Positions 44,039 through 53,949 are shown, numbered from the stretch's first letter. The stretch is DNA of 56,306 nt from Myxococcota bacterium (GCA_040752415.1 JBFMGU010000032.1:1-56306), one strand, 5' to 3'. The notes: generated by a model from the letters alone, not told the origin. Made by a program: numbers and translations.

Positions 44039-45361
44039 CTAATCAAAGTCCTTCATCCAGTCCGGGCGTCTGTCCTTCTTCGCCGTGGAATCTGGCTCCG
44101 GCTTGGGCTCCTGGCGGGTGGGCTGCGGCTGGAAATCTTCCATCCAGGACGGCGCTTGGGAAGCACTTTTCGCGGGCATGCTCCGCCCCGACGTCCCCGA
44201 CGTCACGCGCGGTGCGCTCCGGCCCGGCGCGTCGTGGGTTCCCATGAAGTCGCGCATCCAGTCCGCGGGCTCGCGACGGACCGGGCCGCGCGGCGGCGGC
44301 GTTGTGGGCCGGGGAGGAGGAGGCACGTGCGGCGGAGCCGGAATCCGCGTCACCGACGAGAGTGGCGGCCCCTGACGCACGCGGGTCGACAACGCCTGGG
44401 AGCGCTCATCCGGCCAACCCGGCAACGCCTTCAGGGACTCACGCGCCAGCTCCAGGAACGTGGCGGTATCTCCCTCCGGGGGAAGTGCCACCTTCTGCGC
44501 GGTGAGCGCGCCCCACACCGCGCCGAGCATGCCTCCGGAGCCGCTCCCCGACGACGAGAAAGCCCCCCTCCGTCGCACCGCGGAGTCGCCCTTGATCTGG
44601 TAGCCCTCGGCCCTGAGCTGCGACTCCAACGCGGCGCGACTGGGAACCGGCAGGACCCGGTCGACGAGCGGATGGCGCAACGCTTCCTTGCGCACGTCCA
44701 CCTGCAACGCCGCCAGCAGGTCATAGAGCAGCTCGTGCACCAGCGCGGTGTTGGACGCGTCGGTGACGACGAGCTCCGCCGGCATCAGCGGGTACGCCAG
44801 CACCAGGCCCTCGCCGGAGCGGATGGCCGCCTCGTTGTCACCGGGGAGGAGCGCGTGGAAGCAGCGCATGTTCTCCCCGCCCTGGAGCACAAAGGATTCC
44901 GCCGCGCCCAGCAGCAGGCCATGCAGCACATCCGCGCGCGTCACGGTGAGCTGTCCCTGCACCGACGTGGGATGGCCGCTGGGATACGGACCGTGCAGCT
45001 CGCCGTAGAGATAGACCGGATCATTCGGACCGGGCGTCTCCACGCGCTGTTCCATGACCTGCAGGTCGAACAGGTAGACCTGCGACGCTTCGAGCACGCG
45101 CGGCGGTCGCCCCCGGGCCACCTCGTGATGGGAAAGCTCCACCTGCACCGACGACGGAAGGGACCCCCGCGCGCTGCCCGGCTCCAGGCGGAGCACGCCG
45201 CTCGGGTCCACGGTGACCGCCCATTCCTCGTCGACAAGATGACGGTGGTGCAGCCGCAGCACGTCGAGCGCGTGGACCGGTCGCGCGCTTCCCACGGGGA
45301 CGGGGGCCACTCCGGCGCGCGCGATGAAATGGCGGGGAAGAGACACGGATGACGCCCTCAC
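44039..45361 (-). CDS. Hypothetical protein with Pro-rich tail and 3x WMxDF motif
   Basis: Fits between the wHTH and vWA genes with short gaps; C-terminal DWMRDF, SWMEDF, DWMKDFD; start uncertain. Confidence 0.65.
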   Translation of the reverse strand: MRASSVSLPRHFIARAGVAPVPVGSARPVHALDVLRLHHRHLVDEEWAVTVDPSGVLRLEPGSARGSLPSSVQVELSHHEVARGRPPRVLEASQVYLFDLQVMEQRVETPGPNDPVYLYGELHGPYPSGHPTSVQGQLTVTRADVLHGLLLGAAESFVLQGGENMRCFHALLPGDNEAAIRSGEGLVLAYPLMPAELVVTDASNTALVHELLYDLLAALQVDVRKEALRHPLVDRVLPVPSRAALESQLRAEGYQIKGDSAVRRRGAFSSSGSGSGGMLGAVWGALTAQKVALPPEGDTATFLELARESLKALPGWPDERSQALSTRVRQGPPLSSVTRIPAPPHVPPPPRPTTPPPRGPVRREPADWMRDFMGTHDAPGRSAPRVTSGTSGRSMPAKSASQAPSWMEDFQPQPTRQEPKPEPDSTAKKDRRPDWMKDFD

Positions 45362-45376
45362 CGCCGACGTGGCTTT

Positions 45377-45691
45377 TCAGGAGTCATTGCCACCCAGGTC
45401 CGCGGCCAGCTGGGCCAGCACGCGGGCGTAGGCGAGAACGCGCTCGAGACCGGCGTCGGTCAATTGATACACCGAACGCGTGCGGCCCAGGGGACTCTCC
45501 CGCACCCGCTGGATGATGCCCTCCTCCTCCAGGGCCCGCAGGTGTGAGAAGAGGTTGCCGCCGGTGAGCTGCAGGTCCTCGCGCAGCGACGAGAAATCCA
45601 GCGGGCCTTCCGCCGCGCGCAGCGCCTTGATGATGGCGAGGCGGGCGTGCGGGTGGAGCACGCGGTCCAGCTGGGCGGGGTTGGCGGTCAC
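45377..45691 (-). CDS. Winged-helix transcriptional regulator (ArsR/MarR-like, HTH_34 type)
   Basis: LDRVLH..ARLAII..L...DFSSLREDLQLTGGNLFSHLRALEEEG...YQLTDAG; GTG start at 45691. Confidence 0.8.
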   Translation of the reverse strand: MTANPAQLDRVLHPHARLAIIKALRAAEGPLDFSSLREDLQLTGGNLFSHLRALEEEGIIQRVRESPLGRTRSVYQLTDAGLERVLAYARVLAQLAADLGGNDS

Positions 45692-45755
45692 GGCGCACGC
45701 ATTGTTTCGACTCCGCGCCGCAGCCCGCAACTGAACACCTGTATCCGAGCTGAAA

Positions 45756-47411
45756 TCACCGACCCGCGTCGGCGCCCTCGAGCAGGGGTCGCCAGTGGGT
45801 CTCAAAGCGCCCTTCCCCGCTCACGTCGTCGACGACGATGCCGCGCGCGGTGGCCACCTGGGTCAGGAAGTTGCGGTCTCCCTTGAGCGGCACCAGCGGC
45901 GGCCGATTCCCGTGCGTGGCATAGGCGGCGTCGGAAAGCGCCTGGCGCAGCGGCACAAAGCGGTAACCCCGCGACTCGAGCATCTCCAGCACCGTTCCCA
46001 GGTGGTCCGCGTTGAGCTCATTGGCGTGCACCAACAGCACCAGCGGTATCTCGCGACCGTGGAGCTGCCGGCTCAACGCCTCGAAGTGCGCGGCGGATTC
46101 CTGCACGTGCTCGACGTAGAGGCGCGCGGTCTTCCGTCGGTCCGGGAGGCGCGCATAGGCATTGGCGAAGAGATGGTCCACGGTGTCCAACGAAACCGGC
46201 GCATGCGTGTAGCGCCGCTGCTCCATGAGACGGGCCATGGCCTCCACCTTCTCCTCGGTGTGGCCGTGGTCCAGGAACGGGTAGCGGAAGAAGGTGCCGC
46301 GCAGCTCCACGCCAAACTCCTGGCGCACCACCTCCTCGTTGCGCAGCACGTCCGCGGTGTACTCCGCGACGGAGAGCTTGCTGTACGCGCGGTGCGAGAA
46401 GGTGTGGTTGCCCATCTCCATGCCGGACTTGATCCACGCGCGCAGCGCCTCCCGGTGCTCCCGACCCGCCGCGATGAATCCGGTGGCCGGCACATGACGG
46501 CTGGTCAGGTGGGACGCCAGCTTCTCCACCGCCTCCGTGACGCTGCGTGACCCCTCCGGAGCGGGCCCCACCCAGGGCAGGTCGTCGACGGTGACGGCGA
46601 GGGTGCGCGGCACCAGGTCCTTGGCGATGCGATGCGTGTTCTCGAGCAGCTCACGGTCGAAGCGGTCCCCGTGTCCCGGAATGACGATGTCAGCGCGCAG
46701 CCCCTGGAGGGACTCGACGGCGCGGGCCCAGCCGGTGACGTCGGCGTCGGAGAGGTTCGCGGCGCGCTTGCCGGCGAGCACCATGCACCCGCCGAAGAGG
46801 ATTCCCTGACGGGGGAAATGCACCACCACGTTGTCCGGGGCGTGCGCCGCGCCGGGGAAGATGATGTCCACCGGCTCACCGCCCAGCACCAGGTGCGCGC
46901 CCTGCTGCAGCGGGAAGGTGCGGGACGGGGGAACCATGGGCACCGCCAGCAGTTGCGTGCGCAGTTCGTCGTCGGAAACCAGGGATGCCGCGTAGTCCCG
47001 CCGACGTGCACCGCGCTCCGCGATGAGCTTCGCCGTCAGGTCGGAACCGATGACGGGCACGCCAGCGCGGATGAGCGCTTCATTTCCGCCGGCGCCGTCG
47101 AGGTGGAAATGCGGGTTGATGGCGGTGAGCGCACGACCCGGGTACTGCGCGCGAATCCAGGCCAGGACCTCGTCGGTGGATTCCGGGGTGTAGGGCGTGC
47201 TGACCAGCACCAGGTGGTCCTTCCCCAGCTCCACGAGGAGGCTGTTGGAGGCCCACGGCCCCAGGTGGGTGATGACGGTGGCCCGGGGCGTGAGCGCCAG
47301 GCCCTGCAGGTCGGAGCCCACGCGGAAGGGAACCGGGCGCTGCGGCTCATGCGCCCCCACCACGCCCGCCACGACGAGAAACGCACCCACGCCCGCCAGG
47401 AGACCACGCAT
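45756..47411 (-). CDS. Secreted fusion: subclass B1-like metallo-beta-lactamase + NodB/CE4 polysaccharide deacetylase
   Basis: Signal peptide; MBL motifs HFHLDGAGG, AHAPDN, FGGCMV, IPGHG; CE4 motifs VTVDDLP, GNHTFSH, FRYPFL, LLVH. Confidence 0.85.
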   Translation of the reverse strand: MRGLLAGVGAFLVVAGVVGAHEPQRPVPFRVGSDLQGLALTPRATVITHLGPWASNSLLVELGKDHLVLVSTPYTPESTDEVLAWIRAQYPGRALTAINPHFHLDGAGGNEALIRAGVPVIGSDLTAKLIAERGARRRDYAASLVSDDELRTQLLAVPMVPPSRTFPLQQGAHLVLGGEPVDIIFPGAAHAPDNVVVHFPRQGILFGGCMVLAGKRAANLSDADVTGWARAVESLQGLRADIVIPGHGDRFDRELLENTHRIAKDLVPRTLAVTVDDLPWVGPAPEGSRSVTEAVEKLASHLTSRHVPATGFIAAGREHREALRAWIKSGMEMGNHTFSHRAYSKLSVAEYTADVLRNEEVVRQEFGVELRGTFFRYPFLDHGHTEEKVEAMARLMEQRRYTHAPVSLDTVDHLFANAYARLPDRRKTARLYVEHVQESAAHFEALSRQLHGREIPLVLLVHANELNADHLGTVLEMLESRGYRFVPLRQALSDAAYATHGNRPPLVPLKGDRNFLTQVATARGIVVDDVSGEGRFETHWRPLLEGADAGR

Positions 47412-47556
47412 ATCCCGCGGGTATAGGCGTGACGATCCGCGGCCTCAAGTCGCTCGCACGGGAGATACCAATCGACCACGAGACATTTGCTGGCGTTAGG
47501 GGATACACCTCCGTCGTCGGGTCTGGTCGGAACCCCCAGGGTTGGGCGGAGCAAGG

Positions 47557-48228
47557 ATGAAGGCAACACACCTCTGGGGACGACGCGCGCTCATCTCCGG
47601 GAGCGTCATCCTGCTCGTCGTGGGTCTCTGGTTCACCACGGGCGTGACCGGGGGCATGCAGCAGGCCCTGGAGTGGGCCAAGGGCATCATCCAGGAGCAC
47701 TCCCTCGTCGGGAAGCTGGTGTTCGTGACGCTCGCCGGGCTCTCCGCCATGCTCGCGTTCTTCTCCAGCGCCATCCTCGTTCCCGTCGCCACCGCGGCGT
47801 GGGGCAAGGGCACCACCATGGTGTTGTTGTGGACCGGGTGGATCCTTGGCGGAATCACGGCCTACAGCATTGGGCACCAGCTCGGTCGCGCCGCCGTCGA
47901 GCGCATGGTCTCACCCAAGAAGCTCGCGTACTACGAGGCGCGCGTCTCCGCCGAGACCCGCTGGTGGATGTTCCTCCTCTTCCAGTTGGCGGTGCCCTCG
48001 GAGATCCCCGGCTACCTCGCTGGCATCATCCGCTACCGGTTCCTCGGCTACCTGGCCGCGCTCGGCTTGGGAGAGCTGCCCTACGCGCTTGCCGCCATCT
48101 ACCTCGGTGAGTCGTTCGTCGAGCGCAACGTCGTCGAGTTCGCACTGGTCCTGTGCGCAGGCGTGGGTTTCACCGCGGTGGCCTGGCGCGTGCTCCACCG
48201 TCGTCTGGGTGGACCGGAAAGCCGCTGA
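47557..48228 (+). CDS. DedA/VTT (TVP38/TMEM64-like) membrane protein
   Basis: Hydrophobic; GWILGGITAYSIGH.LGR, P.EIPGYLAGII, Y.....LG.LP. Confidence 0.75.
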   Translation: MKATHLWGRRALISGSVILLVVGLWFTTGVTGGMQQALEWAKGIIQEHSLVGKLVFVTLAGLSAMLAFFSSAILVPVATAAWGKGTTMVLLWTGWILGGITAYSIGHQLGRAAVERMVSPKKLAYYEARVSAETRWWMFLLFQLAVPSEIPGYLAGIIRYRFLGYLAALGLGELPYALAAIYLGESFVERNVVEFALVLCAGVGFTAVAWRVLHRRLGGPESR

Positions 48229-48263
48229 ACGGGCTACAATCCGCGGCGGAAGGAGGGTGCGCC

Positions 48264-49124
48264 GTGAAGAGCTGCGCCGCGTGGATCTGGGTGCTGGTGC
48301 TGGGATGCGGTCCGCAGGACACCGCCACGGAGTTCACCATCCGCATCAACCACGACGGAGAGGAGCGCACCGCGCGGGTCCGTCTCCCGGACGGTCTCGA
48401 CGGAGAGAAGCCGGTGGGCGTGGTGCTGAACTTCCACGGCTACCTCAGCAACGCCGACCAGCAGGCGAGCCACACGGGCCTGCCCGACGCCGCCGCAAAG
48501 CGGGGCCTGGTCTCCGTCCACCCCGACGGCCACCGCAATTCCTGGAACGCGGGACCCACCTGCTGTGGCGACGCCAAGGACTCCGGGACCGACGACGTGG
48601 GCTTCGTGGACAAGCTGCTTGACGAGGTGGGCAAGCGCGTCACCGTGGATCCCAAACGCGTCTTCGCGCTGGGGCTGTCCAACGGCGGCTTCTTCTCCTA
48701 CCGGCTCGCCTGCGAGCGCGCGGACCGCTTCGCGGCCATTGTCTCGGTGGCGGGCGTCAACGGGATGAAGGACTGCAACCCATCTCGTCCGGTTCCGCTG
48801 CTGCACTTCCACGGCACCGACGACCAGATCGTGAAATACGAGGGTGGCCAGTACGACTTCGTGGGCGCCGAGCAGAGTGTCTCGGACTGGGCCGAGCGCC
48901 TCAACTGCCAGGGCGACCCCAGCGAGTCACTGCGCCAGGGGGAAGTCCACTGCGACGCACGCTCCACCTGCGACGGGAGCAGCGAGGCGGTGTTGTGCAC
49001 CATCGACGGTGGTGGGCACACCTGGCCCGGCGCGGACGAGGTGCCGCTGCTCGGTCACGTCACCAGGGACGTCGACGCCACGGAGATGGCGCTGGATTTC
49101 TTCGAGAAGCACCCGATGCCGTGA
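48264..49124 (+). CDS. LpqC/LpqP-like (PHB depolymerase-family) esterase lipoprotein
   Basis: AGGAGG before GTG 48264; lipobox VLGC; NFHGY, WNAG..CCG, DDVGF, GLSNGG, FHGTDD, GGGHTWPG. Confidence 0.85.
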   Translation: MKSCAAWIWVLVLGCGPQDTATEFTIRINHDGEERTARVRLPDGLDGEKPVGVVLNFHGYLSNADQQASHTGLPDAAAKRGLVSVHPDGHRNSWNAGPTCCGDAKDSGTDDVGFVDKLLDEVGKRVTVDPKRVFALGLSNGGFFSYRLACERADRFAAIVSVAGVNGMKDCNPSRPVPLLHFHGTDDQIVKYEGGQYDFVGAEQSVSDWAERLNCQGDPSESLRQGEVHCDARSTCDGSSEAVLCTIDGGGHTWPGADEVPLLGHVTRDVDATEMALDFFEKHPMP

Positions 49125-49131
49125 GACAGGC

Positions 49132-50268
49132 TCAACCGGGGTATCCGCACACCGAGCCCAGGCAGGCGTAGGGCGCGCAGCAATCCGCGTCGGACACGCA
49201 GGACTCGCCGAAGGCGGTGCACTCTCCCGCGTCGCCGGGGACGCCCCCGTCGGGCGGGTCTGGGATGCGCGCCAGCGTGGTGACTCCCGCGCCCCAGAAG
49301 GAGACCGGCAACGTGGTGACCAACGTGCCCACGCCGGTGGTCCGGTCAATGGCAACCACCTTCCCTTCCGACGTGAACCCGTAGAGCACGCCGTTCCAGT
49401 AGCCCACGCCCCACACGTCATTGTGGCCAATCCCGTCGCCAATCACGGTGGCGCGAGCGTCCGCGGGCTTGATGACCGCCAGGTGGTCCCCGTCGCCGTC
49501 GCGCTTGATGATCGCGTACGCGGCGTCATGCAGGATGGCCACCACGTCGCCGCTGCTGTACCAGTCGTCGCCGTAGGGACCCAGCAGCGTGGCCACGCCG
49601 GTCTGCACGTCAATGCGGTACAGGGAGCGCTCCGGCGACAACGTGGAGCCCACCAGCACCTCCTGCGTCGGGTCCAGCTGGCCCGCGGGAAGGAACGAGA
49701 GTCCGTTGAATTCGTCGTCGAGCTCGACGAGCTTCACCGCGCGCAGGCTCGGAAGGTCCACCCGGAACAGCGCGCTGTAGCTGCACCCGTAGACGGTGCC
49801 CTCACGGTCCACGGCCAGGTCGGTCATGGCATGCCCCAGCGATGGCGTGCTCCCGTCGCTCTCGACGAACTCGAACTCTCCCAGGTCCTCCACCTGCAGC
49901 GTGCTGACGTCGAGGCGGAAGAGGTTGGTGGAGCTGTGGCCGTACACCACCGGGACGTACTCCACGCCGCCCGACGAGCTGGACGACACCCCACCTCCAC
50001 TCGTGGACGAGGCACCGCCGCTACCGGACGTCGACGACACGCCCGAGCCCGACGACGCGCCGCCTCCCGACGAGCCTCCGTTTCCCGACGAGACGCCGTT
50101 CCCGGACGAGCCGTTTCCCGACGTCAATCCGCTGCTGCTTCCCCCCGCACCGCTGCTGCCGTTGTCCGCGACGCCGGGTTGGCCGGACATGGGGCAATGC
50201 ACCCCGGCGGCGAGGACCAGCAACACCCTTGCGGCGCGACCCACCAACTTCCCAGAGGACACATCCAT
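49132..50268 (-). CDS. Lipoprotein with Ser/Gly linker, beta-propeller-like core and C-terminal 6-Cys module
   Basis: Hydrophobic N-terminus ending GVHC; SSG repeats; MTDLAVDREG, FNGLSF, YSSGDVV, FWGAG; CTAFGESCVSDADCCAPYACLGSVC. Confidence 0.72.
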   Translation of the reverse strand: MDVSSGKLVGRAARVLLVLAAGVHCPMSGQPGVADNGSSGAGGSSSGLTSGNGSSGNGVSSGNGGSSGGGASSGSGVSSTSGSGGASSTSGGGVSSSSSGGVEYVPVVYGHSSTNLFRLDVSTLQVEDLGEFEFVESDGSTPSLGHAMTDLAVDREGTVYGCSYSALFRVDLPSLRAVKLVELDDEFNGLSFLPAGQLDPTQEVLVGSTLSPERSLYRIDVQTGVATLLGPYGDDWYSSGDVVAILHDAAYAIIKRDGDGDHLAVIKPADARATVIGDGIGHNDVWGVGYWNGVLYGFTSEGKVVAIDRTTGVGTLVTTLPVSFWGAGVTTLARIPDPPDGGVPGDAGECTAFGESCVSDADCCAPYACLGSVCGYPG

Positions 50269-50375
50269 ACCGGCACCCACCCGCAACCCGCGGTCCCGGG
50301 ACGATGGTTCGGCGCCCACGAGGTTTCAAGCGCGGCGCCCCGCCATCCCGCTCATGACCTCCCGTGGAACCTGAC

Positions 50376-51956
50376 TCAGGGGCCTCCGCCGTCACGACGT
50401 CGCGACTTGAACAGCAGGAAATCCTCGTCCTCGAGGTAGCGGACGCGCACGGGGGTCCCGTCGTTGACCAGCACCTGGTCCACCACGTCCAACACGCTGA
50501 GCGCGCCGCGGTCGCCCTTTCCGTAACCGGTGCCGGTGTAGATGAACTGTCGCCCCGCGGCGCCCGCGTCCAGCATGTCCTGCCCGAAGTACATGTACGA
50601 GTAACAGCTGAGGAACGCGACGAGCTGGTAGGGCGCGCGCGCCACCTCGCCGGAGAACTGGCCCGTCGGCAACTTCAGGTTGTGCTCAATCTGCGCAAGT
50701 CGCAGGTTCTCCCCAATGCCGGAGTGCCCGACGTAGATCACGAGGTGATCGCGACTCAGCGCCCGCCGGGCAATCTCCCAGTGGCCGGGCGGCCGCGGAC
50801 CGAACACGTTGGTGAAACCGTACTGGAGCACCAATGCCACCTTGCGTGCGCTCCGGCGCAACACACCTTCCACCTCCACCCGCAGGTACTCGCCTTCGAC
50901 GGCGGCGCGGTGTGCGGACACCGTCATCACGTCGGGAAGATCCCGCAGCATGTGGAGCATCTGGCGCGCGGCGCGCTCCCGGGTCTTGTCCTTTGCCAAC
51001 GCGGCCGTCACGCGGTCCGCCAACGGGGCTCCGTCGGAAAGCTCGTCGCGCAGGACGGGAAGCTCCAGGTCAGGCCATGACTGGTCCAGCACGCCAAACA
51101 GCACCGTGCCGCGTAGCGTCTCCGACTCCGCGCGCCAGGAGCGGTGCAGGTCGCTGAAGTCCAGCGTGGGCTCGGCAATGCGGTGCAGGGCCACCTCGTG
51201 CGGGAAGTAGTCCAGGCCCGACTTCATCAGCTTGCGACAATCAAAGGGTTTGCCATTGGCGTCGGGGCCGCGACGGTCGGGCTGCCAGTCGTACCAGTAG
51301 TAGAAGGGATGGGGCAGGTCGGCGAAGTCGTCGTCGCTGCACGGGTTGGTCACCGCGGTGCGGTCGTAATAGCGCATGAGACGGTGGTGCTTCTGTGGCA
51401 CGTGCCAGTAGAGCAGCCAGGGGTCACGTGGGAGCGGCACCTTGAGAATGGAATCCACGTCGCGGGGAACGCCGCACAGCGCGAGCTTGAACCGCACCAC
51501 GTACTCCACCTCCAGCGCTTCATCCTCGACCCTGGTGAAGCCCCGCTGGATGGCGCGCAGCGTGTAGGAGTCGGTGACCTCCAGGTGCGGCGGCGTCTGC
51601 GTCCACGGGAGGGCCAGGTTGCGGCCGTAGCGCGTGCGCCGCAGCGATTTTACCTCGACACTCGCGGGCTCCGCGGAGAGGACGGCCTGCACCTCGCGCT
51701 GCATCTGCGGGTTCGTGCGCAGCCAGCCCCAGACGTAACGGACCTGGTGCAGGATGGCGACGCGCGCGTTCTCCTCGTCGGAGATGGCGGGAGCCATGGC
51801 GGCGCGCAGCAGCGTGATGCGGCCCGGCAACGTGGCCAGGTACTCCCCGCCCTGGCGTGGACAGGATGCCACCTGCAGCACGTCGCGCGCGGCGCGCACG
51901 GCGGGTGAAACCAGGCTGGAGAAGAGGAGGAGAAGAACGCAGCACCATCGGCACAT
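50376..51956 (-). CDS. Secreted hypothetical protein, possible His/Cys-dyad (clan CD-like) C-terminal domain
   Basis: Signal peptide; LVIYVGHSG and LVAFLSCYSY near the C-terminus. Confidence 0.65.
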   Translation of the reverse strand: MCRWCCVLLLLFSSLVSPAVRAARDVLQVASCPRQGGEYLATLPGRITLLRAAMAPAISDEENARVAILHQVRYVWGWLRTNPQMQREVQAVLSAEPASVEVKSLRRTRYGRNLALPWTQTPPHLEVTDSYTLRAIQRGFTRVEDEALEVEYVVRFKLALCGVPRDVDSILKVPLPRDPWLLYWHVPQKHHRLMRYYDRTAVTNPCSDDDFADLPHPFYYWYDWQPDRRGPDANGKPFDCRKLMKSGLDYFPHEVALHRIAEPTLDFSDLHRSWRAESETLRGTVLFGVLDQSWPDLELPVLRDELSDGAPLADRVTAALAKDKTRERAARQMLHMLRDLPDVMTVSAHRAAVEGEYLRVEVEGVLRRSARKVALVLQYGFTNVFGPRPPGHWEIARRALSRDHLVIYVGHSGIGENLRLAQIEHNLKLPTGQFSGEVARAPYQLVAFLSCYSYMYFGQDMLDAGAAGRQFIYTGTGYGKGDRGALSVLDVVDQVLVNDGTPVRVRYLEDEDFLLFKSRRRDGGGP

Positions 51957-52001
51957 GGACGACGACGCTACCGCACCTCGCACGCGGGCCACATGCCCGG
52001 G

Positions 52002-52282
52002 CCTGCTCGCGCCAGGGGTCAGCGTTCAGACGGCGCGAGCTTTCGGACTGCGTGTGCAAGCGCCCATTCGACGACCCTCTGCGCAGTGGGGGCGCGCAGC
52101 ACCGCTTTGGCTTCGGTGCGCAGTTCATCACCGCCCACGTCGGTGGAAGCAGTCACCGGAGTCGCCCGAGCCCAAAGCGGTGCTGCGCGCCCCCACTGCG
52201 CAGAGGGTCGTCGAATGGGCGCTTGCACACGCAGTCCGAAAGCGCGCGCCGGGCTGACCGCTGACACCTGGGCGCGAGCAGG
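52002..52282. repeat. Long inverted repeat with a perfect 72-bp core
   Basis: 52039-52110 is the exact reverse complement of 52172-52243; imperfect pairing extends to 52002 and 52282. Confidence 0.93.
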
Positions 52283-52386
52283 TCCTTCGCCACGCCCCAG
52301 GCCCGGTCCGCGCTCGCGGGTTGCCCCGGCACGGCCCGCAGGGCTAACGGTGTCGACGTGGGACGGCCTCCCCTGGCCGCGAGGTC

Positions 52387-53949
52387 GTGATGCTGTCGTC
52401 GGAAGGCGCACCTGCGGAGACGTGGACGCCGCGTCGCTACCTGGCGGTGCTCGCGGGGCTCGCGCTTTTCCTCGGGCCGCTGCTCTACCTCCTGCAACCC
52501 TCGCAGCCGTACCCCGGCGACGCCGCGGTGGTGCGCGCGGAGGCGCGGTATCTCGTCGCGCACGGTACCTGGGGTGTTCCCGTCGGGGCGCCGGGCATGG
52601 AGATGTTCGTCCCGCCGGCGGCGCATCCCGGCCAGTACTTCCACCTGCACGAGGCGCGGGGCCGCTACTTCTCGCGCTGGGGACTGGCCGCCACCGTGCT
52701 CTTCGCACCGCCGCTGATGCTCGGCGTGCCGGCGTGGACCAACCAGGAGCTGGAGGTCCTGAACCTCTACAACATCCTCTGGGCGCTGCTTGCCTGCGCG
52801 GGGCTCCTGCGCCTGGTGGCGCGACACACCTCGTCCGTCGTCGTGGCGACCATGGCCGTGTTGGGCGTGCTTTGCGGCAGCTACGTCTTCACCTACCTGC
52901 GCGCGCAGACCAGTGAGCTGCCCCAGATGACGCTCGCCATCTGGAGCGCGGCGCTGTTCCAGGAAGTGCGCGCGGATCTCGTCGGATCGGGCCGCTACCG
53001 TCGACGGACGCGGCTCCTGCTGGCGGTCATGTTGTCGCTGCTCTCCGTGTTGTTCTGGATCAAGTTCTACTTCGTCCCCTGGCTCCTGGCCGCGCCGCTC
53101 CTGTTGTGCTGGTCAGCCCGGGCCGACCGGAGCTGGCTCCCGTCCGACGTCACCCGCCCGTTGTTGCGCGACGCCCTCCTGCTAATCGCGTTGGCGATCG
53201 CCGCGCGCGGCGTCATGGGCTGGTACGCATTCGGGGATCCCTTCGCCACCGGGGTGGGCGCCATCACCGCCGCCACCGAGGAGACCTACGTCTCGTTCCG
53301 CTACCTGCCGCGCTCGCTCGCCAGCTACGCGTGGGGCGCCGACGGAAGCCTGCTGTTGCACCTCCCCCTGCTCGCCCTGCTCCCATGGGGACTCAAGCCC
53401 ATGTGGACCCGTAGCGCGCCCGAGGTGCTCTTCGGTCTGGTGGGAATCCTCGTGGTCATGTTCACCGGGGCCATGGTGGAGAACCATCTCGGCGCATGGA
53501 GCCACGGCCCACGCTTCTTCGTCCCGGTGGTGGCCTGGCTGGCGGCGCCCGTGGCGTGTGCGTTGGAGCAGGCCCGTTCCAGCGTCGCTCCACGTCGAGC
53601 GCTCATGCATCTTGCCGCCGCCGCGCTGATTGCGCTGGGGGTGTGGTTGGAAGAGCCGTTGGTGCGGTTCCCGCCGTTCGCCTGGTACTACCTGCACGGG
53701 TTGTTCCACGCGGGCCCCCAGCTGCACGACGTGCCGGAGGCGTACTGGACCGACGTGCCACAGTCCCTGGCGCTGCGCGGCTTCCAGCCGGTGTGCAATG
53801 GCGACGCGGAAGGACCGCTGGGCGCCGGCCTGGTGCAGATGCAGCAACGTGCCACGCCGGAGGTGCAGGTGTTCATGCGCGGCCAGCTGGCGCGGGTGTG
53901 TCGCTCCGGGACGCTCCTGCTTGAGGGGTTGCGGACGTCGTCGCCGTGA
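52387..53949 (+). CDS. Polytopic membrane protein, GT-C glycosyltransferase-like
   Basis: First TM followed by PGD loop, YFSRWG, SE after a TM, WIK, YAFGDPFATG, WSHGPRFFVP; about 10 TM segments. Confidence 0.65.
   Translation: MMLSSEGAPAETWTPRRYLAVLAGLALFLGPLLYLLQPSQPYPGDAAVVRAEARYLVAHGTWGVPVGAPGMEMFVPPAAHPGQYFHLHEARGRYFSRWGLAATVLFAPPLMLGVPAWTNQELEVLNLYNILWALLACAGLLRLVARHTSSVVVATMAVLGVLCGSYVFTYLRAQTSELPQMTLAIWSAALFQEVRADLVGSGRYRRRTRLLLAVMLSLLSVLFWIKFYFVPWLLAAPLLLCWSARADRSWLPSDVTRPLLRDALLLIALAIAARGVMGWYAFGDPFATGVGAITAATEETYVSFRYLPRSLASYAWGADGSLLLHLPLLALLPWGLKPMWTRSAPEVLFGLVGILVVMFTGAMVENHLGAWSHGPRFFVPVVAWLAAPVACALEQARSSVAPRRALMHLAAAALIALGVWLEEPLVRFPPFAWYYLHGLFHAGPQLHDVPEAYWTDVPQSLALRGFQPVCNGDAEGPLGAGLVQMQQRATPEVQVFMRGQLARVCRSGTLLLEGLRTSSP

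Noticed and set aside
49960..50160. gacga-rich tandem repeats as a separate DNA element
   Set aside because: They encode the Ser/Gly linker of the 49132-50268 lipoprotein.
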